DNA of 43,157 nt from the IMG/VR virus record IMGVR_UViG_3300043399_000676, one strand, 5' to 3'. Positions within the stretch are counted from its first letter, which is position 1. Each line of letters starts with the position of its first letter. This document shows, piece after piece, positions 18,542 to 29,515 of the stretch. The notes below the pieces were generated by a model that saw only the letters and a list, made by a program, of their open reading frames with translations, was not told the origin of the DNA and did not search any database. Made by a program: the position numbers and the translations under genes. The stretch is from a virus. Its lineage: Duplodnaviria; Heunggongvirae; Uroviricota; Caudoviricetes.

Positions 18542-20748
18542 TGACAACTAATGCATTTTCAGCTAAAGATGGAATAAAGGTAGACAGCCAAGCCGTTATT
18601 GACGAAAACGGTAATTGGATAGGACCAGGGACGAATATTACAGGTCCACAGGGCGTACAAGGGGCGCAAGGACAACCGGGGATACAGGGTTCGCCGGGTT
18701 CACAAGGAGCGCAAGGCTTATCTGGTATTCAAGGACAACCAGGTGTCGCAGGAAGACAAGGAGCACAAGGCCCTCAGGGAGTTCAGGGTGTAATTGGAGC
18801 ACAAGGCCCTCAGGGAGTTCAGGGTGTAATTGGAGCACAAGGCCCTCAAGGCTCTCAAGGCCCTCAAGGAGCACAAGGTGCAGCAGGAATACAGGGACAA
18901 GCTGGAATACAGGGGGTCCAAGGATCAACTGGTGCACAAGGCCCTCAGGGAGCACAAGGTCAAATTGGACCAACTGGAGCACAAGGTTCTCAAGGACCGG
19001 CTGGCGTACAAGGACCGGCTGGCGTACAAGGAGCTCAGGGAGTACAAGGACCGGCTGGCGTACAAGGGACACAAGGGTCAGTTGGTGCAGTTGGTCAGCA
19101 GGGTTCACAAGGACCGGCTGGTTTTCAGGGAGTACAAGGACCATCTGGTGCACAAGGTGCACAGGGTTTAGTTGGGCCAGTCGGTGCACAAGGTGCACAA
19201 GGTGCAGTTGGCGTTCAAGGAGCGATTGGTGCAACTGGCGCGCAAGGACCACAAGGTGCACAAGGTGCAGACGGCGCGCAAGGACCACAAGGTGCACAAG
19301 GTTCGACTGGGATACAGGGCGCGCAAGGACCATCTGGTGCTCAAGGAGCACAAGGTCCTCAGGGAGTTGCAGGCGTGCAAGGACCATCTGGTGCTCAAGG
19401 TCCACAGGGAGCATCAAGTTCAGTGGCTGGCGCTCAAGGACCGGCAGGGATACAAGGTGCACAAGGAAATCCCGGAGCACAAGGCGTTCAGGGTTCAACA
19501 GGACCAACAGGAGCAACTGGTCAACCCGGCGTAGCTGGTGTCCAAGGAGCACCTGGGTTTCAAGGAGCACAGGGGTTAACTGGATTTCAAGGATTTCAAG
19601 GAAACCCTGGAGCACAAGGCCCTCAGGGAACACAAGGCGTTGCGGGAGTACAAGGTGCTGCTGGTAGACAAGGAGCACAAGGTCCTGCTGGGTTTCAGGG
19701 CGCGCAAGGTCCGCAAGGCGCGCAAGGAGCGCAAGGGCCAACTAGTGCAGTCAGCGGCGCACAAGGAGCGTCTGGTAGACAAGGAGCGCAAGGTCCGCAA
19801 GGAGCGCAGGGGGCAATTGGTCCACAAGGAGCACAAGGAGTTCAGGGTGCAGCTAGCGCAGTTAGTGGAGTACAAGGTTATCAAGGAAGACAAGGGGTTC
19901 AAGGACCAATTGGTCCACCTGGTGCTGCTGGACGACAAGGAGCACAAGGGTCAGCTGGTGCTCAGGGTGTACAAGGAGCGCAAGGCCCACAGGGAGCGCA
20001 AGGAATACAAGGACCACGCGGACCACAGGGAGCAATTGGAGTTCAGGGTTCTATAGGGGCACAAGGAGCTCAAGGAGCGCAAGGAAACTTTGGAGTAGGG
20101 GGCGCTCTTGGAGCACAAGGGGTTCAGGGGGCTGCAGGGCCTCCAGGGCCTGCAGGCATTCAAGGCACAGCAGGTGCACAAGGGGTTCAGGGGGCTGCAG
20201 GGCCTCCAGGGCCTGCAGGCATTCAAGGCGCAGCAGGTGCACAGGGTGCACAGGGTGCAGTTGGAACAGCAGGTGTAACAGGCGCACAAGGACCACAGGG
20301 TTATCAAGGACCTGCATCTACTACATCAACGCCCAATGTTGGTTCTTTAAATGTAGGGTCGGCAACAAATGCACCAACTGGGCATATTAGGGCCTCTGGC
20401 GACATCACTGCATATTATTCGGATAAGCGACTAAAAACTAATATTATTTCTCTTACTAATTGTTTAGAAAAAGTTCAATACTTATCGGGAGTTTATTACA
20501 CACAAAATAAACTGGCAGAAAAATATGGGTACAACGATTATTCAAGACAAATTGGATTGATATCACAACAGGTTGGGACTTTTGCTCCGGAGATAGTTAA
20601 AGAAGCTCCTATAAATAGTTCAGATGACACTGGAGAGAAATTCATGACGATTCAGTACGATAAGTTAATTCCAGTTTTAGTTCAAGCAATAAAAGAACAG
20701 CAGTTGATTATTGCATCAATGATTAAACAGATTGAGAAGGGCGAATAA
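18541..20748 (+). CDS. Collagen fibre protein 1 (Gly-X-Gln) with peptidase S74 intramolecular chaperone
   Basis: Collagen at aa 35-592 (179 triplets plus 3 interruptions). [10 protein letters not shown]74 motif at aa 627 and C-terminal coiled coil [16 protein letters not shown]. Confidence 0.9.
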   Translation: MTTNAFSAKDGIKVDSQAVIDENGNWIGPGTNITGPQGVQGAQGQPGIQGSPGSQGAQGLSGIQGQPGVAGRQGAQGPQGVQGVIGAQGPQGVQGVIGAQGPQGSQGPQGAQGAAGIQGQAGIQGVQGSTGAQGPQGAQGQIGPTGAQGSQGPAGVQGPAGVQGAQGVQGPAGVQGTQGSVGAVGQQGSQGPAGFQGVQGPSGAQGAQGLVGPVGAQGAQGAVGVQGAIGATGAQGPQGAQGADGAQGPQGAQGSTGIQGAQGPSGAQGAQGPQGVAGVQGPSGAQGPQGASSSVAGAQGPAGIQGAQGNPGAQGVQGSTGPTGATGQPGVAGVQGAPGFQGAQGLTGFQGFQGNPGAQGPQGTQGVAGVQGAAGRQGAQGPAGFQGAQGPQGAQGAQGPTSAVSGAQGASGRQGAQGPQGAQGAIGPQGAQGVQGAASAVSGVQGYQGRQGVQGPIGPPGAAGRQGAQGSAGAQGVQGAQGPQGAQGIQGPRGPQGAIGVQGSIGAQGAQGAQGNFGVGGALGAQGVQGAAGPPGPAGIQGTAGAQGVQGAAGPPGPAGIQGAAGAQGAQGAVGTAGVTGAQGPQGYQGPASTTSTPNVGSLNVGSATNAPTGHIRASGDITAYYSDKRLKTNIISLTNCLEKVQYLSGVYYTQNKLAEKYGYNDYSRQIGLISQQVGTFAPEIVKEAPINSSDDTGEKFMTIQYDKLIPVLVQAIKEQQLIIASMIKQIEKGE

Positions 20749-20750
20749 GG

Positions 20751-22961
20751 TTGGCTAAGAATATATTTACCATAAAGAACGGACTTACAGTAGGTACTTC
20801 CGCTTCAATCAACTCGTCCGGAGAATGGATAGGTCCTACTACTAATATTATGGGACCTCAGGGGCCTGCTGGTGCACAAGGCCCTCAAGGTGCTCAAGGA
20901 GCATCTGGAATACAAGGATCTCTTGGCGTACAAGGGCCAGTTGGTGCTCAGGGAATACAAGGAACACAAGGGCCAGTTGGTGCTCAGGGAATACAAGGAG
21001 CACAAGGTTTGGCTGGTGCACAAGGAGCACCCGGTGCTCAAGGAGTACAGGGAGCTAATAATGTAGCTGGATCTCAAGGTGCAACTGGAATTCAAGGAAG
21101 TGTTGGGGCCCAAGGGAGACAGGGAAATCCAGGCATTCAAGGTACAACTGGAGCACAAGGAGTACAGGGAGCAGCAAGTTCAGTTGCAGGGGTCCAAGGC
21201 CCAGTTGGCGCACAAGGAGCATCTGGCGCACAAGGAGTTCAAGGTCCACAAGGACCAATTGGCGCACAAGGAGTCCAAGGACCGCAAGGACCAAATGGTA
21301 TTCAGGGTGCACAAGGGTCAATTGGTGCCCAAGGACCGCAAGGACCAATTGGTGCCCAAGGAGCCCAAGGAGCCCAAGGGGCAGCAAGTTCAGTTGCAGG
21401 GGCACAAGGCCCTACAGGAATTCAGGGATCTGTTGGTGCACAAGGAGTTCAAGGAGCACCTGGACCAATTGGACAGCCTGGTGAACAAGGTGTAGCAGGT
21501 GCTCAAGGACCGGCAGGGATACAAGGTGCGCAAGGTTTACTAGGAGTTGCAGGGGCACAAGGAGCAGTAGGGCCAATTGGGGCACAAGGAACACAAGGCG
21601 TTGCGGGAGTACAAGGTGCTGCTGGTAGACAAGGAGCACAAGGTCCTGCTGGGTTTCAGGGAAGACAAGGGCTAAATGGACCATCTGGGTTTCAAGGGAT
21701 ACAAGGAGCAGCAAGCTCAGTTACTGGACCACCGGGGTTTCAAGGAGTACAAGGAGCACAAGGCCCTCAGGGAGCACAAGGAGCACCTGGTCCACAAGGA
21801 GCGCAAGGTCCGCAAGGAGCAACGGGAGCAGTAGGATCGACTGGTCCAACTGGAGTGCAGGGTAGTGCTGGTGCTCAAGGAGTCCAAGGAGCAATTGGTC
21901 CACAAGGAGCACAAGGTCCGCAAGGTGTCGCAGGGGTGCAAGGTGCAATTGGAGCAACGGGTGCACAAGGTCCTGCGGGGTTTCAGGGAATTCAAGGATC
22001 AATTGGTCCTGACGGTCCTAATGGAATCGGTGGAGCAACAGGCTCACCTGGCGCACAGGGAAGTGTAGGTGCACAAGGAGCACAAGGACCTCAGGGAGCG
22101 CAAGGAGCGCAAGGAGCAATTGGTGCACAAGGACCTCAAGGAGTTCAAGGAGTAAACGGAAATCCTGGACCACAGGGATTTCCTGGAGCTACTACCGCAG
22201 GCTTCCAAGGAATTCAAGGATTACCTGGTGCTCAAGGCGTTCAAGGCGTTCAAGGGCGAGCAGGGCTTCAAGGAGTACAAGGACCTACTGGGGCACAGGG
22301 TTTTCAAGGTCGAGCAGGATTTCAAGGTCGAGCAGGCGTTACTGGCGCACCTGGATTTCAAGGAAGACAAGGAGTACAAGGACCGGCTGGTCCTTCGGGC
22401 GTTACTGGCGCACCTGGATTTCAAGGAAGACAAGGAGCACAAGGTCCTGCTGGCTTTCAAGGAAGGGCAGGTGTGCAAGGCACACAAGGACCTGCCGGTC
22501 CGCAGGGTCCCCAAGGAGTTACTCAATCGCTTGGTATTTCGGTGTCATCATTGGGAGTAAATACACCGGCAGGTCCTTCGGGAGACTTGAGAGCAACTAA
22601 TGACATCATTGCATATTATTCAGATATTAGACTGAAAGACAACTTAGAAACTATAAAAGACCCAGGTTCAAAACTGTATACGTTAAACGGTGTATTTTAT
22701 ACACAAAACAAATTCGCAGAAAAATTTGGATATAAAAACTATAGTCAACAAGTAGGATTGATTGCACAAGAAGTGCAGAAAGTAGTACCGGAGGTCGTTA
22801 AGCCTGCACCATTTGATGTAAGTGGGCATGATGGTAGTAAAACTGGTGAGCACTATCTCACTATCCAATATGAAAGATTAATACCTTTGATTGTTGAAAC
22901 TATTAAAGAACAACAACGCGAAATAGAACGTTTACAAGATTTACTTAACAGAGAAAGCTAA
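20751..22961 (+). CDS. Collagen fibre protein 2 (Gly-X-Gln) with peptidase S74 chaperone
   Basis: TTG start with aagg upstream. Collagen at aa 35-591 (175 triplets plus 5 interruptions). AYY-SDIRLK at aa 624. Confidence 0.9.
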   Translation: MAKNIFTIKNGLTVGTSASINSSGEWIGPTTNIMGPQGPAGAQGPQGAQGASGIQGSLGVQGPVGAQGIQGTQGPVGAQGIQGAQGLAGAQGAPGAQGVQGANNVAGSQGATGIQGSVGAQGRQGNPGIQGTTGAQGVQGAASSVAGVQGPVGAQGASGAQGVQGPQGPIGAQGVQGPQGPNGIQGAQGSIGAQGPQGPIGAQGAQGAQGAASSVAGAQGPTGIQGSVGAQGVQGAPGPIGQPGEQGVAGAQGPAGIQGAQGLLGVAGAQGAVGPIGAQGTQGVAGVQGAAGRQGAQGPAGFQGRQGLNGPSGFQGIQGAASSVTGPPGFQGVQGAQGPQGAQGAPGPQGAQGPQGATGAVGSTGPTGVQGSAGAQGVQGAIGPQGAQGPQGVAGVQGAIGATGAQGPAGFQGIQGSIGPDGPNGIGGATGSPGAQGSVGAQGAQGPQGAQGAQGAIGAQGPQGVQGVNGNPGPQGFPGATTAGFQGIQGLPGAQGVQGVQGRAGLQGVQGPTGAQGFQGRAGFQGRAGVTGAPGFQGRQGVQGPAGPSGVTGAPGFQGRQGAQGPAGFQGRAGVQGTQGPAGPQGPQGVTQSLGISVSSLGVNTPAGPSGDLRATNDIIAYYSDIRLKDNLETIKDPGSKLYTLNGVFYTQNKFAEKFGYKNYSQQVGLIAQEVQKVVPEVVKPAPFDVSGHDGSKTGEHYLTIQYERLIPLIVETIKEQQREIERLQDLLNRES

Positions 22962-25162
22962 TGGCAGCAAGTGTTTTTATAATTAAGAATGGTCTAGTAG
23001 TAGGAAACACCTCAGTTATAAATGCAGCTGGTGTTTGGGTAGGATCACCTTCAAATTATGCAGGAGCACAAGGTGCTGCTGGATTTCAAGGTGCACCTGG
23101 CGTACAGGGCGTACAAGGCTCCCCGGGCGTACAAGGCTCCCCGGGTGTACAAGGCGCACAAGGAGTAACAGGTGCCCCAGGAATACAGGGTTTCATTGGT
23201 ACTGCGGGTATTACAGGAGCACAAGGTTTAGTTGGAGTACAAGGCGCCTCAGGAGCACAAGGTGCCCAGGGTGCACCTGGGTTTCAAGGAGTTCAAGGTG
23301 CACCAGGAGCACAAGGTGTCCAAGGCCCTCAGGGAGCACAAGGTGCTCAAGGTCTTCAGGGGGCACCTGGTGCACAAGGAGCGCAAGGAGTTCAAGGCGC
23401 ACCAGGTGTTTTAGGAGCACAAGGACCTCAGGGCGCGCAAGGAGCAGCAAGTTCAGTTGCAGGAGCACAAGGCGCACAAGGCGCACCTGGATATCAAGGA
23501 GTGCAAGGATCGGCAGGTCCTAATGGGGTACAAGGAGCACAGGGAGCGGTTGGTCGGCAGGGAGTACAAGGTCCTGCTGGGTTTCAGGGTGCACAAGGTC
23601 CACAAGGCGCACAAGGCCAGCAAGGTGCAGTTGGAGCACAAGGAGCGCAAGGCGCTACTAGCGCAGTTGCTGGTTTTCAAGGAAGACAAGGAGCACACGG
23701 TCCTGCTGGTTTTCAAGGAAGACAAGGAGTACAAGGACCTACTGGGGCACAGGGTGCACAAGGAGCAGCAAGTTCAGTTGCAGGTGCACAAGGACCTACT
23801 GGGGCACAGGGTGCACAAGGTCCGCAAGGTTATCAAGGCCTAGCAGGTCCGCAAGGCGCGCAAGGCGCGCAAGGCGCTTCTGGGGCACAAGGTCCGCAAG
23901 GAGCATCTGGTAGACAAGGAGCGCAAGGCGCGCAAGGAGCGCAAGGAGCGCAAGGATCATTAGGAGCTACCGGCGTTCAAGGGGCAGCAAGTTCAGTTGC
24001 AGGTGCACAAGGAGAAACAGGCAGACAAGGAGTACAAGGACCTGCTGGTTTCCAAGGACCTACAGGACAACCCGGTGCTCAAGGAGTTCAAGGGGCAGCA
24101 AGTTCAGTTGCTGGTTTTCAAGGAGCAACAGGCAGACAAGGGTATCAGGGGTTGACCGGAGTTCAAGGAGCACCTGGTCCACAAGGTCCTCAAGGGGCAC
24201 AAGGAGTTATTGGTGCACTCGGAGCACAGGGAAGACAGGGCATACAAGGGCCACCTGGGCCACCTGGGCCACCTGGTATCCCAGGGCCACCTGGTGCGCC
24301 CGGAGTCCAAGGAGCACCCGGAGCACCCGGAGCACAAGGTGCTCAAGGTGTCCAAGGTGCAACAGGAGTAAACGGAGCACAAGGAGCACAGGGTGTACTA
24401 GGAGCACAAGGACCACAGGGTGCCGCTGGTGCGCCCGGAGTCCAAGGATTTCAAGGAATTCAAGGCGATATAGGTACAACAGGACAACCTGGTGTATTGG
24501 GAGCGCAAGGCCCACAGGGAGCGCAAGGCCCACAGGGAGCGCAAGGGATACAAGGAGCACAAGGCCCACAGGGAGCGCAGGGCGCAGCCGGCGCACAAGG
24601 CCCGCAAGGAATACAAGGAGCACAAGGCCCACAGGGAGCGCAGGGCGCAGCCGGCGCACAAGGCCCACAAGGAGTGCAAGGGACATCGGGTACGATAATA
24701 ACGCCTAGTGGGCCACCTGGCTTTCAAGGTGCACCTGGACCTGCTGTAACGCAAGTCTCTGCACTTGGGGTCAATACACCCGCAGGACCAACCGGGGTTA
24801 TTAGAGCAACTGGTGATGTCACTGCATTCTACTCAGATGCTAGATTAAAAACCATTATTGGTCCTATTGATAATCCTCTACAGCGGCTGCAAAAAATAGA
24901 AGGGGTATATTATCAGCCTAATGATCTAGCAAAGTCGTTTGGTTTTGATATCTCGATGAGAAATATAGGATTTATTGCACAACAAATTGAAGAAATATTA
25001 CCAGAGGCAGTTAGAATTGCACCGTTTGACGCAAATAAATTTGGTCATAGTAAGTCGGGTGCTAAATATTTGACCGTGATATACTCAAAGGTAGTTCCGT
25101 TGTTAATTCAAGCACTAAAAGAACAGAAAGGACAAATTGATTATATCCGATCAAAACTGTGA
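22961..25162 (+). CDS. Collagen fibre protein 3 (Gly-X-Gln, richest in Y-position Pro) with peptidase S74 chaperone
   Basis: TAATG overlap with the upstream gene. Collagen at aa 35-595 (173 triplets plus 6 interruptions), including [27 protein letters not shown] at aa 625. Confidence 0.9.
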   Translation: MAASVFIIKNGLVVGNTSVINAAGVWVGSPSNYAGAQGAAGFQGAPGVQGVQGSPGVQGSPGVQGAQGVTGAPGIQGFIGTAGITGAQGLVGVQGASGAQGAQGAPGFQGVQGAPGAQGVQGPQGAQGAQGLQGAPGAQGAQGVQGAPGVLGAQGPQGAQGAASSVAGAQGAQGAPGYQGVQGSAGPNGVQGAQGAVGRQGVQGPAGFQGAQGPQGAQGQQGAVGAQGAQGATSAVAGFQGRQGAHGPAGFQGRQGVQGPTGAQGAQGAASSVAGAQGPTGAQGAQGPQGYQGLAGPQGAQGAQGASGAQGPQGASGRQGAQGAQGAQGAQGSLGATGVQGAASSVAGAQGETGRQGVQGPAGFQGPTGQPGAQGVQGAASSVAGFQGATGRQGYQGLTGVQGAPGPQGPQGAQGVIGALGAQGRQGIQGPPGPPGPPGIPGPPGAPGVQGAPGAPGAQGAQGVQGATGVNGAQGAQGVLGAQGPQGAAGAPGVQGFQGIQGDIGTTGQPGVLGAQGPQGAQGPQGAQGIQGAQGPQGAQGAAGAQGPQGIQGAQGPQGAQGAAGAQGPQGVQGTSGTIITPSGPPGFQGAPGPAVTQVSALGVNTPAGPTGVIRATGDVTAFYSDARLKTIIGPIDNPLQRLQKIEGVYYQPNDLAKSFGFDISMRNIGFIAQQIEEILPEAVRIAPFDANKFGHSKSGAKYLTVIYSKVVPLLIQALKEQKGQIDYIRSKL

Positions 25163-25169
25163 GGATACA

Positions 25170-25745
25170 ATGAAAGGCGAATGGTGCTATTTCAAATCTT
25201 ATTTTGACAAGAATACATGCAATGAAATACTAGAAAAAGCAAAACTGATAGAAACGCAAGATGCAGTTTTGGGTTTAAACAATGACCCGCAGGTCAACTT
25301 TGAATACAGACGCAGCAAAGTTCGTTTTTTAAACAGCGATGATTGGAGATTTAAGGATCTGTTTACTGACCTGTGGAAAACTGCCATAATGGCAAATCGA
25401 GATTTCTTTAATTTTCATATAACCAAGTTGGATTTTGTCCAACTTGCTGAGTATGATGCTTCGTATCAAGGAGAGTACAAAGAACACCATGATGTTTTTT
25501 GGCTAAATAATGACCCTGATTACCATAGAAAGATGACAGCGGTCATTCAACTATCAGATCCGAACGATTACGAAGGCGGAGATTTAGTTGTGACTGAAAC
25601 AGTTACTCCGCCTGGGCCTACTGAGTTTAGGGATCAAGGTACAATTATATTTTTCCCTTCATTTCTGAGACACAAAGCAACTCCTGTTATCAGAGGTACT
25701 CGTTATAGTATCGCTGCTTGGTTCGAGGGTCCCAAATGGCGATGA
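25170..25745 (+). CDS. 2OG-Fe(II) oxygenase, prolyl-4-hydroxylase-like (PKHD type)
   Basis: HxD (EHHD), RKMTAVIQLSDP.DYEGGDL, distal His (LRHKATPV) and 2OG-binding Arg (TRYSIAAW). Start moved to ATG 25170, which has a gagga SD. Confidence 0.85.
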   Translation: MKGEWCYFKSYFDKNTCNEILEKAKLIETQDAVLGLNNDPQVNFEYRRSKVRFLNSDDWRFKDLFTDLWKTAIMANRDFFNFHITKLDFVQLAEYDASYQGEYKEHHDVFWLNNDPDYHRKMTAVIQLSDPNDYEGGDLVVTETVTPPGPTEFRDQGTIIFFPSFLRHKATPVIRGTRYSIAAWFEGPKWR

Positions 25746-26458
25746 AAATTGAAAGATTTGATGAGCCATTCACCTATTATCTTATTGATAACTATTTGGA
25801 TGAAGATACGGCTAGGAAACTAGAATCAGAGTTTATTCCATTTGATTCTAGCAAATGGTTTACCTATGACAATCCTGTTGAAAACAAGAAAGCATTGAAC
25901 AGTTGGTACGAGTTCCCTCCTACTACTTATCAGTACATGACTTATCTTAACTCAAATGAACATGTTGAATCACTAGAACGATTAACAGGAGAATCAAAGT
26001 TATATGCTGATCCTGGGCTACATGGTGCAGGGTGGCATATACAAGGCAATGGCGGACTGTTAAATGTTCACTTAGACTACTGCATTCATCCCAAGCTAAT
26101 GAAAAAGCGAAAGTATAACTTAATTGTTTATCTTTCTGATTGGAATAAAGAATGGGGAGGAAATCTAGAACTGTGGAGTCATGATAACTTGACTAATCAA
26201 CCAAAAGAAAAAGTTGTTACGGTTGAGTGTAAATTTAATCGTGCAGTTTTATTTGATGCCTCTATGAACTCATGGCATGGATTTTCTGAACCGATCAATT
26301 GTCCTCCTGACAAATTTAGAAAGAGCATTGCGATGTATTATTTGGTTGATTCAGAAGAAGGTGATAGTGACAGAAAACGCGCATTGTATTCACCTCGTAA
26401 AGAACAACAAAACAACAAAGAAGTTTTAGATTTCATTAAAAAACGTGTAATAGGTTGA
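25742..26458 (+). CDS. 2OG-Fe(II) oxygenase (2OG-FeII_Oxy_3 type)
   Basis: GAGWH....GG.LNVHLD, NLIVYLS.W..EWGGNLELW, FNRAVLF...SWHGF and RKSIAMYY. Start at 25742 gives an ATGA overlap. Confidence 0.85.
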   Translation: MKIERFDEPFTYYLIDNYLDEDTARKLESEFIPFDSSKWFTYDNPVENKKALNSWYEFPPTTYQYMTYLNSNEHVESLERLTGESKLYADPGLHGAGWHIQGNGGLLNVHLDYCIHPKLMKKRKYNLIVYLSDWNKEWGGNLELWSHDNLTNQPKEKVVTVECKFNRAVLFDASMNSWHGFSEPINCPPDKFRKSIAMYYLVDSEEGDSDRKRALYSPRKEQQNNKEVLDFIKKRVIG

Positions 26459-26461
26459 TTA

Positions 26462-27103
26462 ATGCACTATACTGCTGCGCTAAGTGCTAGTAGATTCTAT
26501 AGCACTTACTTTGAACACATTAAAAATCCAAACGCATATGTAGTCGAGATTGGGAGTCAAGACGTTAATGGGTCTCTTAGAGAATTATGCCCGTCTAAAA
26601 ATTATACAGGAGTTGATTATGTGCATGGTAAGAATGTGGATGTAGTACTGACCAATCCATATAAATTGCCCTTTGGCGACCAATCTACAGATATAGTCAT
26701 TTGCAGTTCTGTGTTTGAACACTCAGAAATGTTTTGGGTCACTTTCTTGGAGATCATGCGTATCCTTAAACCACATGGATTGTTTTATCTTAGCGCTCCA
26801 TCTAATGGAGACTTTCATAGATGGCCAGTTGATTGTTGGCGATTTTATCCTGATTCAGGAAAAGCGATGGTCACTTGGGCAAAGTATAACAACATAAATT
26901 CTGTTCTATTGGAATCCTACATAGGAAAACAAGACCAAGACATTTGGAATGACTTTGTAGCAGTTTTTCTTAAAAATGAATCATTCTTGAGTAAATACCC
27001 CAATCGAATATTGCATCAAATAAATGATTACACGAATGGTGTAATCAATGGAATGCCAGACTTTTTAAATTACGATCCTATCCCAGAAGACAGAAGACGA
27101 TGA
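26462..27103 (+). CDS. Class I SAM-dependent methyltransferase
   Basis: VVEIGSQDVNGSLR, YTGVD, DIVICSSVFEHSE and ILKPHG...SAP...HRWPVDCWRF. Confidence 0.85.
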   Translation: MHYTAALSASRFYSTYFEHIKNPNAYVVEIGSQDVNGSLRELCPSKNYTGVDYVHGKNVDVVLTNPYKLPFGDQSTDIVICSSVFEHSEMFWVTFLEIMRILKPHGLFYLSAPSNGDFHRWPVDCWRFYPDSGKAMVTWAKYNNINSVLLESYIGKQDQDIWNDFVAVFLKNESFLSKYPNRILHQINDYTNGVINGMPDFLNYDPIPEDRRR

Positions 27104-29514
27104 AAATTGCTATTTTTTATCATCTAGCCCAGCTTAACGATTGGGAGATGTTGTATCAAGAGCAGATGCAAGCGTTGATTGTAAGTGGTTTGTATGATCA
27201 ATGTGAGTTTATTCATGTGGGTATAAATGGTACTGAACCATTGCCACTCTCTTTGAGTAAGGTGAGATATAAGTACAATCCTGAATTGGTTCTTGAAGGG
27301 TATACCTTAACTGATCTATGGAATTTCTGTAGCGAACACCATGACTATAAGGTGTTGTATTTCCATTCAAAAGGTGTTTCTTGGAATAAAGACAATGCGG
27401 CTGAGACTAACGTTCCTAACTTATTGTTTAAAGTAAAACAATGGAGACTTAGTTTAGAATTTTTCACGATTCACAAGTGGAAACAAAATATTCAGCTATT
27501 AGATCAGTATGACTGCGTTGGATCAGAGTTTCAAACACAAACTATATTAGGTAGTCACGACTTTAAGGAGTTTCATTCTCCTCATTTTAAAGGAAACTTT
27601 TGGTGGGCTAACTCATCTTATATCAGAACACTTGATCCATTTTACCTTTTAGATGAAACAGGTGGCTGGACAAGATGGCGTTCTGAACATTGGATCGGTA
27701 CAGGGAATCCCAAAGTTTACAATTGGTATAATTTGGGAAGAGATAAGACACACTATATAGATGAATATAACGTAGAGAACTATTCTAAGGCAAATTTAAA
27801 AATGTCAAATAAACAAGCAAAGATCGTGATGATCACGATGTTTAAAAATGAATCCAAAGTAATGCGACGGATGCTAGAGTCCTGTTACAAGTACATTGAT
27901 TTTTGGGTAATCCAAAATAATGGATCAACTGACGGAACGGAAGTTATAGTAAAGGAGTTTTTCGCTGAAAAGGGTATTCCTGGTGTGCTTTATGATGTAG
28001 AGGAAGGATGGGTTAATTTTGGATGGAACAGAGATCATCTAATTAGGACATGTCAAACGATTGATCATGGATGTGATTGGATTCTCAAAATGGACTGTGA
28101 CGAAACACTTGAAGTAGATGATAACTTCGATTGGTCACCGTTGGACAACAAGAATACAGAGTCTTTTCATATTGCAGCAGTAGCAGGGACTGCAATCTAT
28201 TATCGAGCATGGATGTATAATGCTAACTTAAGATGGGGATTTAATCATGATCCTTGTCATGAAACTGTGTATAAGATAGAAGCGGATGGTTCAAAGAATG
28301 AGAGCTTTTCTAGATATGACTTGCCTCCAGGATTTAGGCAAATAGGATTCAATGAAGGACAAAGCTGGTCAGACCCAGCTAAGTTTATCAGTCATGCATT
28401 GATTCTTGAAGAAAAGATGATTAAAGAAGGTAACATGCTAACTGACCTGTATCACTTTTGGTACATAGGTAAAAGTTACTTTGATGCAATTCCTTCAAGT
28501 GCATTTCCCTTGAAAGAATCTCAACAACGTGAATATGCAAGAAGGACAATCTATTACTTTGAACAGTATGTAAACTATATTGAAAAGACCGGGCAATCAT
28601 ATGGCATCGATGAGATGAGTTATATGGCTATGTTGTTTTCAGCCGAATCTCATCTATTTTTACAGAACGATGAGGCAGCAATTGTTTGCTATAAACTATC
28701 GGAAAAATATGCGCCAAGACGAAACGATCACCTTTTTGGTTTAGCAAACATATACAAGAGACTAGGTCGTTATGAAGAGATGTTAGCAGTAACTTCAAGA
28801 ATGATGTCACCTGAAAGAAAAAATCCCTTTCCTGATTATAGCTCATTCATTGATACTGCATTATATTACGACAGTCCAACTGGAAGAGTTCAAGAACTTC
28901 ATAACTTTGCACTAAGCAAACAGGAGAAACCTATGGAAACAACAATTTTTACTTACAGCAACGTTCAACGACCTAGATTATTTGTAGTTGATAATTTTTA
29001 TGCAAACCCAGATGCAGTACGAGAGTTTGCACTTGCACAAGAATTTCAACAAGATTTGCGTTGGTACAAGGGACTTAGGACAACCACAGTATACAGGCCT
29101 CCTGGAATCAAAGAAGCATTTGAAAGGATTATAGGACAAAAAATAACGGTATTCGAAGAACATGGGTACAACGGGGTATTCCAACTGTGTAATGCACAAG
29201 ATCCTCAAGTTTACCACTACGATCAGCAAAGTTGGGCTGCTATGATATACTTGACTCCTAATGCACCGATTGAGAGTGGAACAAGACTACATCGCTCTAG
29301 GTTAAACGGAACAAGAGATTCCCGTGAGTCAAATGTAGACGATGCATTTAACGGGGATTTTTATGACGGTACGAAGTTTGATGTTGTCGATAGCGTAGCT
29401 AACGTATACAACAGATTAATTATTATGGATGCTAGGTGCATTCATTCAGCCGGTCCTTACTTTGGAAATAATGAGACAAACTCAAGGCTAACACATCTAT
29501 TTTTCTTTGACTAA
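27100..29514 (+). CDS. Three-domain fusion: GT-like domain + GT2/TPR glycosyltransferase + 2OG-Fe(II) oxygenase (DUF6445-like)
   Basis: aa 1-234: VLYFHSKG and HFKGNFWWA. aa 235-611: MITMFKNE..MRRMLESC, NNGSTDGT, W.NFG.NR, WILKMDCDE, then helical repeats. aa 612-804: FVVDNFY.NPDAVREFAL, HYD, WAAMIYLTP and IHSA..YFG...RLTHLFF. Confidence 0.75.
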   Translation: MKIAIFYHLAQLNDWEMLYQEQMQALIVSGLYDQCEFIHVGINGTEPLPLSLSKVRYKYNPELVLEGYTLTDLWNFCSEHHDYKVLYFHSKGVSWNKDNAAETNVPNLLFKVKQWRLSLEFFTIHKWKQNIQLLDQYDCVGSEFQTQTILGSHDFKEFHSPHFKGNFWWANSSYIRTLDPFYLLDETGGWTRWRSEHWIGTGNPKVYNWYNLGRDKTHYIDEYNVENYSKANLKMSNKQAKIVMITMFKNESKVMRRMLESCYKYIDFWVIQNNGSTDGTEVIVKEFFAEKGIPGVLYDVEEGWVNFGWNRDHLIRTCQTIDHGCDWILKMDCDETLEVDDNFDWSPLDNKNTESFHIAAVAGTAIYYRAWMYNANLRWGFNHDPCHETVYKIEADGSKNESFSRYDLPPGFRQIGFNEGQSWSDPAKFISHALILEEKMIKEGNMLTDLYHFWYIGKSYFDAIPSSAFPLKESQQREYARRTIYYFEQYVNYIEKTGQSYGIDEMSYMAMLFSAESHLFLQNDEAAIVCYKLSEKYAPRRNDHLFGLANIYKRLGRYEEMLAVTSRMMSPERKNPFPDYSSFIDTALYYDSPTGRVQELHNFALSKQEKPMETTIFTYSNVQRPRLFVVDNFYANPDAVREFALAQEFQQDLRWYKGLRTTTVYRPPGIKEAFERIIGQKITVFEEHGYNGVFQLCNAQDPQVYHYDQQSWAAMIYLTPNAPIESGTRLHRSRLNGTRDSRESNVDDAFNGDFYDGTKFDVVDSVANVYNRLIIMDARCIHSAGPYFGNNETNSRLTHLFFFD

Positions 29515-29515
29515 T

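Noticed and set aside
18615-24754. Many long alternate-frame and antisense ORFs over the collagen genes (e.g. 18615..19667, 18638..19741)
   Set aside because: Expected by-products of GGN-NNN-CAA periodicity that lacks stops in shifted frames; low-complexity products with no SD or promoter support.
25170-26458. 2OG oxygenases as a DNA base-hypermodification (TET/JBP-like) system
   Set aside because: Motifs match P4H-like families rather than TET/JBP, and no DNA MTase, nucleotide kinase or polymerase genes are in the window. Not fully excluded without HMM searches.
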